This document shows, in pieces, positions 7,373 to 18,270 of a stretch of 26,499 bases of DNA. The notes under the pieces were generated by a model. The model saw only the letters and a program-made list of their open reading frames with translations, was not told the DNA's origin and did no database searches. The stretch is from Gemmatimonadota bacterium (lineage in GTDB: Bacteria; Gemmatimonadota; Gemmatimonadetes; Palauibacterales; KS3-K002): contig JBDHJS010000047.1 in assembly GCA_039586795.1 (NCBI GenBank), positions 1 to 26,499 on the forward strand. Direction: 5' to 3'. The position numbers were made by a program, and so were the translations under genes. Position 1 is the stretch's first letter, and every line of letters starts with the position of its first letter.

Positions 7373-9874
7373 TTGACCGAGATCCGGCTCTACGTCCCCT
7401 TGGCGATGGGGCTCCTGGCTTTGGGCAGCACCGGCTGCGAGTCCCGCCGGGCACCACTCACCGCTGACAGTCCGCTTCACCTCGAAGACCATCTAGACGC
7501 CGCGACGATCGTCGGTTCCGAGATCACTAGCGGCCTTCCGCCGCTGGCCGAGTGGCGTTTCGATGAGGCGCAACCCGATTGGAAACCGGTCACCGACACG
7601 GATCGCTCGATGGGCAGCCTTCGTGTGGTGAAAACCGACGAGGCACTACGGGTGACCCTTGATGAAGACGAGCGTGAGGCGAGCGCTGGCCGTCTGCGGG
7701 GCGAGATCTCGGTTGGTCTTGAGCAATCGGAACCTGCGGATTGGAGCTACGTGCTGGTGCGGGCGCGAAGCTCGGTCGAGGCCCGCGGATTCGAGCTCGG
7801 TGCGCGCCTGGCCGATGAGCCGGTAGGAGGCGGCGGCCTCGGCGATCGGAGCGGCCTGCAAGCCTCGGTCGTGGCCGTAATCAACGATGGCCAGGTTCAA
7901 ACCTACGTGATGCCGTTGGCGCGAGCGGCCGATCACCCGTTCGATCCGGCCGTCAGCGCGCCATGGGGGAGCGCGCACGGGGGGACGGGCGGCCTCAGGG
8001 AGGCGGAGCCGCAGGAGCGAACCCGGCGGCTCGGACTGGTGTTCAAGGCCGATGATCCCGCCAGCATCGACCTGCTGTCCGTCTCGATAATCCCCCTGGA
8101 GACCGACTACGCCGACGTTCCGGTGGGCGTGCGAACGGTGGCGCGCGGTGCCGTGCAGCGACGGACGCTCTACACCCACGCGCCCGGGCGCGTCGACTAC
8201 CGGATTCGGGTGCCCCAGGGTGGCCGACTCGATGTCGGCCTCGCAGTGCTGCGGGATGACGCCCCTGTGACGTTCAGGATCGGTGTCCGCGGAGCGGACC
8301 GTGAGACGCAGACGCTGCTGGAGGAATCGTACTCCGACGGCGCACGCTGGGGGCAACGGACCCTGGATCTCTCCGATTATTCAGGGCAGATAGTGAACCT
8401 GTCGCTCGAAGCCGAAGCGGAGCGCGCCGGGACGGTGGCGCTTTGGGGGGCGCCGACGCTGACCGGCGTGCGGGCCACCGTAAAACCGAACGTCATCTTC
8501 TATGTCATCGACGGGGCCGCCGCCGAGCTGATGAGCGTTTACGGCTACGAGCGTGGCACGACGCCGAATCTGGAGCGGATCGCTGCGGAAGGAGCGATCT
8601 TTGAATACGCGTACAGCAACTCTGACTGGTCGAAACCCTCGACCGCCTCGTTCATGACCTCACTCCACCACAGCGTGCTCGGTGGATTGGACCGGTCGGA
8701 TCCCATACCGGACGAGGCGCGGACGATGGCGGAGCTGCTGCACGCCGCCGACTACCAGACAGCCGTGTTCGCCTCTAACCCCTACGCCGGGTCGCTCAGT
8801 AACCTGCAGCGCGGGGTCGACGTGTTCCGTGATGGTGATGTCCAGGTCAAGTCGATGGCCGCTGCCGAGCTGCACGCCGACTATTGGAGCTGGCGCGATG
8901 CGTATCCGGGGGAGCCGTATTGGGTCCACTTCCAGCCCACCGATGTTCACGATCCGTGGGAATCCGTGGCGCCGTTCGCGGGACGCTACGTCGATCCCGA
9001 GCGGCGGTCGCGTTTCTATGAATGGCGCGCGCAGTTGCGCGAGGCCGGAGGGTTCGCGCGGTGGTGGGCTCACTTCGACGAGTTCGGGATCGACCGGCGC
9101 GAATTCTCCGAGATCGGCAGCGACCTATACGATGAAACGATGGCTCACCTCGACCATCGGATCGGCCGACTGGTGGAGCAGCTCAAGGCCCGTGGCGAGT
9201 GGGAGCGTACGCTGTTCGTCGTCGCGGCCGACCATGGCCAGTACGAGGCGGGTCTCCCGCTGCTCGATCCCATGCCGCCGGGGCTCGTGGCGCCCGGAAA
9301 GTGGACGCCGAATATCAGCGCTTGGGTCAGCCGCATCCCGCTCATCATCGTCTGGCCGGAGCGCATCTCCCCCGGGCAGCGCTTCAGCGATCCTGTCTCG
9401 ATGATCGATGTGCTGCCCACCATTCTTGAGCTGACCGATACACCGGGCCCTGAGATTCTGCAGGGTCGTTCGCTGGCACCGTTGCTTCTCGGAGAGAAGC
9501 GTTGGGAGCCGACGCCGGTCATCCTGGACGAATTCTATGTCGATGAGAAGACCGGCGAGCTCAATGGTGTGATCGAGGTGGTCGATGGGCGGTGGGGTGC
9601 GTCGCTGGAGATCAACCCCACCGACCGTGGCGAGTGGATTCCGCCGGAAAACCGTCGACCGGCGCCGCTGCTTCTCTACGACCTGCGAAAGGATCCCCAG
9701 TGCCTACACAGTCTGCACGAAGAACGGCCGGACCTGGTGGAGAAGTACACCGCCTTTCTCGAGGCACGGTGGGGCGAGCACCAGGCGCTGGCTCAGCGGT
9801 TCACGCAGCCGCAGGCGATGCCGATCACCGCCGAACAACTGCGGGCGTTGCGTGCGCTCGGCTACATTCAGTGA
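7373..9874 (+). CDS. Sulfatase-like hydrolase/transferase, putative lipoprotein, paralog 2
   Basis: Collinear with paralog 1 (PLTADSPLHLEDHLD, KPNVIFYVID, SNSDWSKPSTAS, VAADHG, LRALGY). TTG at 7373 follows a GAGGTG RBS, and the signal ends in a lipobox STGC. Confidence 0.85.
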   Translation: MTEIRLYVPLAMGLLALGSTGCESRRAPLTADSPLHLEDHLDAATIVGSEITSGLPPLAEWRFDEAQPDWKPVTDTDRSMGSLRVVKTDEALRVTLDEDEREASAGRLRGEISVGLEQSEPADWSYVLVRARSSVEARGFELGARLADEPVGGGGLGDRSGLQASVVAVINDGQVQTYVMPLARAADHPFDPAVSAPWGSAHGGTGGLREAEPQERTRRLGLVFKADDPASIDLLSVSIIPLETDYADVPVGVRTVARGAVQRRTLYTHAPGRVDYRIRVPQGGRLDVGLAVLRDDAPVTFRIGVRGADRETQTLLEESYSDGARWGQRTLDLSDYSGQIVNLSLEAEAERAGTVALWGAPTLTGVRATVKPNVIFYVIDGAAAELMSVYGYERGTTPNLERIAAEGAIFEYAYSNSDWSKPSTASFMTSLHHSVLGGLDRSDPIPDEARTMAELLHAADYQTAVFASNPYAGSLSNLQRGVDVFRDGDVQVKSMAAAELHADYWSWRDAYPGEPYWVHFQPTDVHDPWESVAPFAGRYVDPERRSRFYEWRAQLREAGGFARWWAHFDEFGIDRREFSEIGSDLYDETMAHLDHRIGRLVEQLKARGEWERTLFVVAADHGQYEAGLPLLDPMPPGLVAPGKWTPNISAWVSRIPLIIVWPERISPGQRFSDPVSMIDVLPTILELTDTPGPEILQGRSLAPLLLGEKRWEPTPVILDEFYVDEKTGELNGVIEVVDGRWGASLEINPTDRGEWIPPENRRPAPLLLYDLRKDPQCLHSLHEERPDLVEKYTAFLEARWGEHQALAQRFTQPQAMPITAEQLRALRALGYIQ

Positions 9875-9875
9875 C

Positions 9876-10391
9876 ATGAGATCACGCTCTAAGCCGATGC
9901 TGGTATTCGCTGCGGCTCTGACCTGTGCCGGTTGCCAGCCCCGAGCCGCGCCGCCCGAACCGCTCTCTGAAGCGGACGCTACGGCGATTCGGGACCTGGC
10001 CCGCTCGTACTTCGAGGCGGTGATCGGAGAAGACGCGAGCGCGCTCTCCGCTCTCTACGCGGACGACGCCGTACTGATGCCCCCGTACCGACCGGCGATC
10101 GAGGGGCGTGCCGCGATCGAGGCGGCCTTGGCCTTACCGGACGCGTTCAACCAGGGACTGAGCTACTGGGGTATCACCTTGAGTCCCGACGCGCGCGGCG
10201 GCGAATGGGTGTACGATTGGGGCACCTACGCCTTGCTGCTCGCGCCCGATAGCGTACCGCTGAATGAGAGGAGGCCGGACCTGGATACGATGCCGGACTC
10301 CGTGGCACACGCCGGAAAGTATCTGGTCGTACTCCGGAGGCAGGTCGACGGGTCCTGGTTGATCGCCAGAGAGATCTGGACGAAAGACTGA
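9876..10391 (+). CDS. NTF2-like/DUF4440 (SnoaL-like) lipoprotein
   Basis: ATG 1 nt after the upstream stop. Lipobox CAGC and motifs ALYADDAVLMPP, GRAAI, YDWGTY, GKYLVVLRRQVDGSWLI. Confidence 0.8.
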   Translation: MRSRSKPMLVFAAALTCAGCQPRAAPPEPLSEADATAIRDLARSYFEAVIGEDASALSALYADDAVLMPPYRPAIEGRAAIEAALALPDAFNQGLSYWGITLSPDARGGEWVYDWGTYALLLAPDSVPLNERRPDLDTMPDSVAHAGKYLVVLRRQVDGSWLIAREIWTKD

Positions 10392-10416
10392 CCGCGGCGG
10401 TTTCCAGGCTTCGATG

Positions 10417-11409
10417 CTAGCGCGGGCGATTCCGCTCAATCGCGCCGCGATGCTCGCCAAAAGTCCGAGAGAACTCGTGCCGGCCATCCTGGCGAGCGAC
10501 GAAAAAGAGATAATCCACCGGTGCCGGGTGCAGCGCTGCGTCGATGGCCGCTTCGCCGGGTGAGCAAATTGGGCCCGGCGGCAGGCCGTCGTGACTGTAT
10601 GTGTTGTAGGGGTGATCGGTGAGCGAATCGATGTCCGTGTATCGCAGTGGTGTGTTCGGCGGCAGCGCGTAGCGAACCGTCGGATCCGCCTGAAGACGCA
10701 TCTCCTGCCGCAGCCGGTTGTGGAACACCGCCGAGATGAGGGGCATCTCATCCTCCCAACGGGACTCGGCCTGGATGATACTGGCCAACGTGACTGCCTC
10801 GCGCTCGCTTATGCCGAGCGAGTCGAGCCTCGCACGGCGAGCCGGCGTCCACAGCTGCCGGTAGCGCGCAAACAGCAGGGCTGCGATGCTTTCCAACCGT
10901 TCGCCGAGGCGCACCTCGTACGTCGCTGGAAAAAGGTAGCCTTCGAGGGTCGGGCCGGGCGCGCCCAGCGAATCGGCGAGGGCTGCGTCAAGCAGGCGCT
11001 CCGCGGCCGAGTCCGGCGAAAGCCCTGCGATGGGCCCGATCCGATTGGCGATCTCAGCGATCCGCCAGCCTTCCGGAAGCGTGACGCCTTCCGCCACGCG
11101 ACCCATGACTAGGATCTCGAGGGCCACCGACCAGCTGGCGCCGCGCGGGAAGTCGTAGATGCCGGCTTTGAGCTTCTTGTCGGCGCCCTGGAGGCGGACA
11201 TAGAGGACGAAGAGGGCTGGCCAGCGAATGACGTCGTGGACGGCGAGCATATCCGCGATCTGATCGAGCGTCGCGCCCGCCGGCACGACGAGTCGTTCGC
11301 TGTCCGGATCCGGCTCTCGGCAGGCAGCCAGGGCGACTGCGACGAGACACACGGTCATCGACAGCCTCGAACGGCGCCCGGCCATCGGTGTTCGGCTGAA
11401 TTCAGTCAC
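10417..11409 (-). CDS. mltG: Endolytic transglycosylase MltG (YceG family)
   Basis: Motifs LKAGIY, TLPEGW, LEGYLFPATY, LASIIQAE (catalytic Glu position), VFHNRL, LQADPT, PYNTY, GLPPGPICSPG, YLFFVA. The start may be 11385 or 11358. Confidence 0.92.
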   Translation of the reverse strand: MTEFSRTPMAGRRSRLSMTVCLVAVALAACREPDPDSERLVVPAGATLDQIADMLAVHDVIRWPALFVLYVRLQGADKKLKAGIYDFPRGASWSVALEILVMGRVAEGVTLPEGWRIAEIANRIGPIAGLSPDSAAERLLDAALADSLGAPGPTLEGYLFPATYEVRLGERLESIAALLFARYRQLWTPARRARLDSLGISEREAVTLASIIQAESRWEDEMPLISAVFHNRLRQEMRLQADPTVRYALPPNTPLRYTDIDSLTDHPYNTYSHDGLPPGPICSPGEAAIDAALHPAPVDYLFFVARQDGRHEFSRTFGEHRGAIERNRPR

Positions 11410-11473
11410 GACGTGTCAACCTGTCCGCTGGAAGAAGATTCCGCAAGCGAGAACTTGGCATGAACAGTGCTTA

Positions 11474-11538
11474 TTGACTGCTGCGGGGCCGGACATGATA
11501 TTGAACGAGGGCATAATTATGACAGCCATAATTGTGGC
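11474..11538 (+). promoter_or_regulatory. Candidate sigma70 promoter followed by tandem palindromic operator-like sites
   Basis: TTGACT-N17-GATATT, then CATAATTATG (perfect palindrome) and GCCATAATTGTGGC (near palindrome) in an AT-rich patch upstream of 11597. Confidence 0.4.
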
Positions 11539-11596
11539 TCAAGCAACCAAATCCGCGGGCACCGAGAACTGCTGTAGAGCACGGTGGAGGGGAGTC

Positions 11597-11890
11597 ATGC
11601 GTCACCTGCTTCCTGGGGTCCTAATGGGCTCTATTGTCGTGGCCGCTGGAGTTTTCGTCGCTTGCGAGAGCAATGCACCGACGCAGGCGGGCTCCGATGG
11701 GCTGATGCCACAGTTTTACGGGGGTGCGCCGGCACCGTGCCCCGGGCCCTTCGAGGCAGTTGATGTCTCGCAGGGGAGCGGCGCGGACCGCAATCTCAAT
11801 GGCGTCGTATGTCGAACGGAGCTGGGCGGCAGGACGGTCGAGATTGATGATGCCGCCGCGGGACCGCACCCGCCCCACAAGAAGGCGTGA
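11597..11890 (+). CDS. Small hypothetical lipoprotein (97 aa) with a CP...DRNLNGVVC...IDD motif
   Basis: GGAGG RBS before ATG 11597, lipobox FVAC, and two further cysteines, the second directly after a DxNxNG loop. Confidence 0.7.
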   Translation: MRHLLPGVLMGSIVVAAGVFVACESNAPTQAGSDGLMPQFYGGAPAPCPGPFEAVDVSQGSGADRNLNGVVCRTELGGRTVEIDDAAAGPHPPHKKA

Positions 11891-12042
11891 GCGACAATAC
11901 AGGGCTGCCGAGTTCGCGTCGCGTTCGACAGCCAATCCGCAGTAGCCGCCGTTAGAGCGATCCGATCGTCAGCCACCGGCGGTGCAGAGGTGAGTCGTGC
12001 GCACCGCTGGTCAGATCTTCCGAGCGCAGGGCGCCCTCCACG

Positions 12043-13038
12043 ATGACCGATCGAGGCTATCTCCAAGCCACTCTGTTGATGACCGTGGCCTTTTGCGCTT
12101 CGGGTTGTGGTGGAGGCGAAGGCCAGTGGATATCCGACTTCCAAGCCGCACCGGCTTCCATCCGGGTTCATGAAGTGGAAGCCACCCGTATCAGCTTCGT
12201 GCTCCGGGACCGCCGGACCGAGTCGGCCGGTTTCGCTCGGAGTGCGGCTCCACGAATTCGTTCGATCGAGGCCTACGTGGTTCCGGAAGGCAGACGCTGG
12301 CGCGGCTTGCGTCGTTCGTTCCTCTGGCGTAGTCCGCGCCCGGGTTACAAGGTGGCCATCTGGGACGGAACGCTAGCCGGTCGACGTAACCGCCCACCCG
12401 CCGGAGGGATGTACCGCGTTTGGCTCGTGGTGACCGATGAACGCGGCCGCATGGAACGAGCGTATCGACGTGTTCGGGTATCGAATCCGCGCAGGGTCAC
12501 CCTATTGCCGAGGACGCAATCCGGCCTTGGCTTGCGATCGATCGAGTTCGACGGATCTCACCTAGTGCTCGCCGATGAAAGAGGTAACGCTATTCGGGTG
12601 CGTGCCGTTTCGGGTCTAAAGGCCAACAATCCGTACAATCCCAGCGGCGTAGACTACACCGCGCCCGCTCACCAGTGGGAAGTGGATCGGGGTCCGATTC
12701 CGGCTGGACGATATTTCATTCGCAAGAATCAGGTGCAACAGCCCGAGATTACTTACGGCCAGCTGCTCTTCCCCTCGCTGGACGCCGTTGCTCGCTGGGG
12801 TCCCATGCGGGTGATGTTACGGCCCAGAGTCGTTGGAAACCGGCGCGACTTCTTCTTGCATCTTGACGCCGACGGCGATGGAACCGCCGGTTGTATCGGC
12901 GTGCACCCGAGCGATGAGGGCGAATTCAATCAAATCATGGCCTTGATCGCGTGGATGCCCAACGACTCGCTCCCAGTCATCGTCAATTATCCGGAGGCCG
13001 ACTTTGGTGAGGCAGCGCGGGTGGAGGCCAGCCCTTAG
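12043..13038 (+). CDS. Putative lipoprotein with an FlgD-like Ig domain and a Tlde1/DUF2778 (L,D-transpeptidase-like) domain
   Basis: Lipobox ASGC. WDGT...GGMYRVWLVVTDERG fits FlgD_ig. AVSG, GPIPAGRY, RRDFFLH and GTAGCIG give a His-x10-Cys pair. Confidence 0.75.
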   Translation: MTDRGYLQATLLMTVAFCASGCGGGEGQWISDFQAAPASIRVHEVEATRISFVLRDRRTESAGFARSAAPRIRSIEAYVVPEGRRWRGLRRSFLWRSPRPGYKVAIWDGTLAGRRNRPPAGGMYRVWLVVTDERGRMERAYRRVRVSNPRRVTLLPRTQSGLGLRSIEFDGSHLVLADERGNAIRVRAVSGLKANNPYNPSGVDYTAPAHQWEVDRGPIPAGRYFIRKNQVQQPEITYGQLLFPSLDAVARWGPMRVMLRPRVVGNRRDFFLHLDADGDGTAGCIGVHPSDEGEFNQIMALIAWMPNDSLPVIVNYPEADFGEAARVEASP

Positions 13039-13051
13039 CGGGCGGTCGAGC

Positions 13052-13552
13052 ATGCGCGTCCGGCTTCTTTGCGCTTTAGCTGTCGGAATCGCAGCAGCTG
13101 GCTGCCGTGCGCCGGCGCGGGACGTCGGTCCGCTGTCACCTGACGATGTTGCGGCGATCGTCGATGTACGTGAACGGTTCGTCGAGTACGAGCTGGATGG
13201 CGCTTGGGCGGACCAGGCCGCGCTGTACACAGAGGACGCCGCCCTGCTGGAACCGGAAGGTCCGGTCATGGTGGGCCGGACGGCGATTCGGCTCGGGCTG
13301 GAAGAATTCGACATCGTTCTTGAAGATTTCAAGCTCACGTCGCTCGAGATCGAAGGCGCCGACGGTCAGGCCTATGATCGCGGCATCTACTCTCTGGAAT
13401 ACCTGGATTACCGTAGCGGCGACACGATCACCGAGACGGGCAATTACCTAATGGTCCTTCGCAAGTACTCGGACGGAACCTGGCTCATCGCCGCACTCAT
13501 CCATAACTCTAATCAGTCCCTAGATGGGCCCAGTTCTACGCCCGATCCGTGA
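13052..13552 (+). CDS. NTF2-like/DUF4440 lipoprotein (second copy)
   Basis: Lipobox AAGC and motifs ALYTEDAALLEP, GRTAI, AYDRGIY, GNYLMVLRK...DGTWLI. Similar to 9876-10391. Confidence 0.8.
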   Translation: MRVRLLCALAVGIAAAGCRAPARDVGPLSPDDVAAIVDVRERFVEYELDGAWADQAALYTEDAALLEPEGPVMVGRTAIRLGLEEFDIVLEDFKLTSLEIEGADGQAYDRGIYSLEYLDYRSGDTITETGNYLMVLRKYSDGTWLIAALIHNSNQSLDGPSSTPDP

Positions 13553-15521
13553 CTCGGCGGTACGGCCATTGGTGCGGTGTCGAGCCAGGGGCGCGGCCGT
13601 GTTGGGCCGGGCCCTGGGGCGAGCGGGGTTCGCCGCGCTACTGGTTGGGGCGGCTGCCAGCGGCTGCCGGGATGCGGCACCCGAATCGCCGGGCCCTCCG
13701 CCGATTCCGCTCGTCAAGGGGGCCCTGCGAGTAGATGTGGTCTATCCACTGGCGGGCGCCCTCATCTCGGTCCGCGATTCCAACATGATCTACGGCAATG
13801 TCGGCAACGGCGAGGTGCGTCTCGCGATCAACGGCCGGCCGGTAAAGGTCGAAGCGAACGGCGCGTTCCTCGCGTTTCTTCCGGTGCCCGCCGAGCCCGG
13901 CGACACGCTGGCCACGTACGATCTGGTCGCCAGGCTGGGAGCCGAGGTCGTCCGGGGACGTCACACAGTACGTTTGCCACCGGGTTCGGGCTCGCCATCC
14001 GAGGAGCGGGTAGCCATCGATGCGGCGAACGCAGCCCCGCGAGGCGTGTGGTGGGCTCTGGACGGCGAGCCCATCCCGGTGCGCGTGCGAGCTACCCCGG
14101 GGGCCGACGTACGGCTCACCTTGCCAGATGGAAGGACGAAATCACTGACCGAACGGCCGTCGAATCAGCCACGGTTGAGGGGCCGGTGGATCACTGGAAG
14201 GCCAGGCCGTGACTCTGTGGGAAGCGGAGTCTACGAGGGCAGCTTCGCCGCGGGCAGTCCGCTGGGGCGCGGAAGTCGCACTGCGCGACCCCCCCTAGCG
14301 CCGGAGTCCGGCGCGGTCGACTCGGCTCGCCGCCCGGTCATCGAGGTTCGCAGCGGCGACGGAATCGTCCGGGCGCGGCTGCCCCTTGACCTCTGGATAC
14401 TCGACGGGCCGGGACCGATGGTCGAATTGCAACAGGCCGTTCGACTCTCCGGCGGCGAAGGCGCCACAATCGGTCGAACAGGCCCGCAGGGGGCCCTTGC
14501 TTGGCTTTGGGCCGATGGGGTTAGAGCCCGGGTGACGGGTCGGCGGAATCGGAGCGTCCGAGTCGGGCTGGACCAGCAGTCGGACGCCTGGATCGACGTG
14601 GAAGATCTGAAGTGGCTGCCGGACGCGACCTTGGACCGGCCCGTCGCGGTTGGATCGGTCGGCCTGAACGAGCGACCGGATCGTCTCGAGGCCCGGATCG
14701 CCGTCCCCGCACCCGTCCCCTACGCCGTCCGTATCCGCGAGCGTCGCGTGTCTCTGGTTCTCTACGGTGCCTACTCGGCTACGCACAGCATCGCGGTCGG
14801 TCGAGAGGGTGACCTGCTGCGCACGGCGGGTTGGGAGCAGTTGGCCCGCGACCGTTATGTGCTTCACCTCGATCTGACGCGCGAGCCGTGGGGCTACCGG
14901 GCGCGCTATGAGCGAGGCGTTCTGATGCTGTCGATACGTCGTCCGCCGCAGATCGAGGCCCGGCGGCCGCTGGCAGGGCGGACGATTGTGGTGGACGCCG
15001 GGCATCCGCCCGGCGGAGCGACCGGCCCAACGCGCCTGTACGAGGCGGACGCCAATCTCGAGATCGCTCTGCGCGTTCAGCGCCTGCTGGAACGTGCGGA
15101 TGCTCGTGTCGTGCTCACGCGGCCTGACCGCCTACCCGTGTCGCTTGGAGACCGGATCCGACGCGCGCACGGCGAGGACGCAGAGGTGATCGCTTCGATC
15201 CACAACAACGCCCTGGCGGATGGCCGTAATCCGTCCGGCGAGTTGGGGACCAGCGTCTACTATTTCCAGCCGTTCGCCATCGATCTGGCGCGAGCGCTGC
15301 GAACGGGCCTCGTCCAGGCCTTGGGGCTGCCCGACCAAGGAATCACCCAGGCGAATCACGCGATAACGCGGTCGACCTGGATTCCTGCGGTGCTCATCGA
15401 AGGTGCATTCATCACGATCCCGGCGCAGGAGGCGGCCCTGCAAAATTCCGAGTTTCTCGACGCCTATGCCGCCGGCGTGGTGGAGGGTATCAGGGCGTAT
15501 TTCCGGGAGAGGGCCCAGTAG
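13524..15521 (+). CDS. N-acetylmuramoyl-L-alanine amidase (Amidase_3), putative lipoprotein
   Basis: C-terminal IVVDAGH, YEADANL, VVLTR, SIHNNA, GTSVYY, PAVLIEGAF, with the Zn ligands and catalytic Glu intact. Lipobox ASGC. The true start is probably a downstream TTG/GTG (about 13569-13599). Confidence 0.88.
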   Translation: MGPVLRPIRDSAVRPLVRCRARGAAVLGRALGRAGFAALLVGAAASGCRDAAPESPGPPPIPLVKGALRVDVVYPLAGALISVRDSNMIYGNVGNGEVRLAINGRPVKVEANGAFLAFLPVPAEPGDTLATYDLVARLGAEVVRGRHTVRLPPGSGSPSEERVAIDAANAAPRGVWWALDGEPIPVRVRATPGADVRLTLPDGRTKSLTERPSNQPRLRGRWITGRPGRDSVGSGVYEGSFAAGSPLGRGSRTARPPLAPESGAVDSARRPVIEVRSGDGIVRARLPLDLWILDGPGPMVELQQAVRLSGGEGATIGRTGPQGALAWLWADGVRARVTGRRNRSVRVGLDQQSDAWIDVEDLKWLPDATLDRPVAVGSVGLNERPDRLEARIAVPAPVPYAVRIRERRVSLVLYGAYSATHSIAVGREGDLLRTAGWEQLARDRYVLHLDLTREPWGYRARYERGVLMLSIRRPPQIEARRPLAGRTIVVDAGHPPGGATGPTRLYEADANLEIALRVQRLLERADARVVLTRPDRLPVSLGDRIRRAHGEDAEVIASIHNNALADGRNPSGELGTSVYYFQPFAIDLARALRTGLVQALGLPDQGITQANHAITRSTWIPAVLIEGAFITIPAQEAALQNSEFLDAYAAGVVEGIRAYFRERAQ

Positions 15522-15527
15522 GAACGA

Positions 15528-15579
15528 CGGATTGCTCCGGGCCAGCGGGTTCTGCCAGCCGGTGTCGATGATCGACGTG
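15528..15579 (+). pseudogene. 52-bp remnant of a third sulfatase-like paralog
   Basis: Reads RIAPGQR-(+1 G)-FCQPVSMIDV, versus RIAPGQRFADPVSMIDL in paralog 1 and RISPGQRFSDPVSMIDV in paralog 2. Confidence 0.75.
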
Positions 15580-15784
15580 TGATCGGTTCAGAGGTGCCGG
15601 AACACAACCTTCAGCCCAAAGTCGATAGCCGAACAGGATTCGGGCGTCGAGCGACGGCTGTCCGCTGTCGGCTGTCGAAATATCCCGCCAAAGGCGGGTC
15701 GATTATTCCAGCTGAACTCCAGGAGGAGATCCTCGTGGACCTGACCGGTGGTAGCTCACACCGCCCAGCCGGGTGCCCTAAGCC

Positions 15785-15813
15785 AAGGCCCAGGCTGACA
15801 AGCCTGGGCCTTT
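15785..15813. terminator. Hairpin between the convergent amidase and katG genes
   Basis: AAGGCCCAGGCT-GACA-AGCCTGGGCCTT(T), a perfect 12-bp stem. Confidence 0.6.
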
Positions 15814-15851
15814 AAGACTTAAACACCTGTGGACAGGATCAGCCAGAGAAA

Positions 15852-18218
<2,367 letters not shown>

Positions 18219-18270
18219 TCAGGATATGGATTTTTGCCCTCCAGGGCCAAGAGGGAAGGGAAACCGTCAG

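Noticed and set aside
12043..13038. T6SS effector locus
   Set aside because: No vgrG, hcp, PAAR or tss genes are in the window, and the protein carries a Sec-type lipobox.
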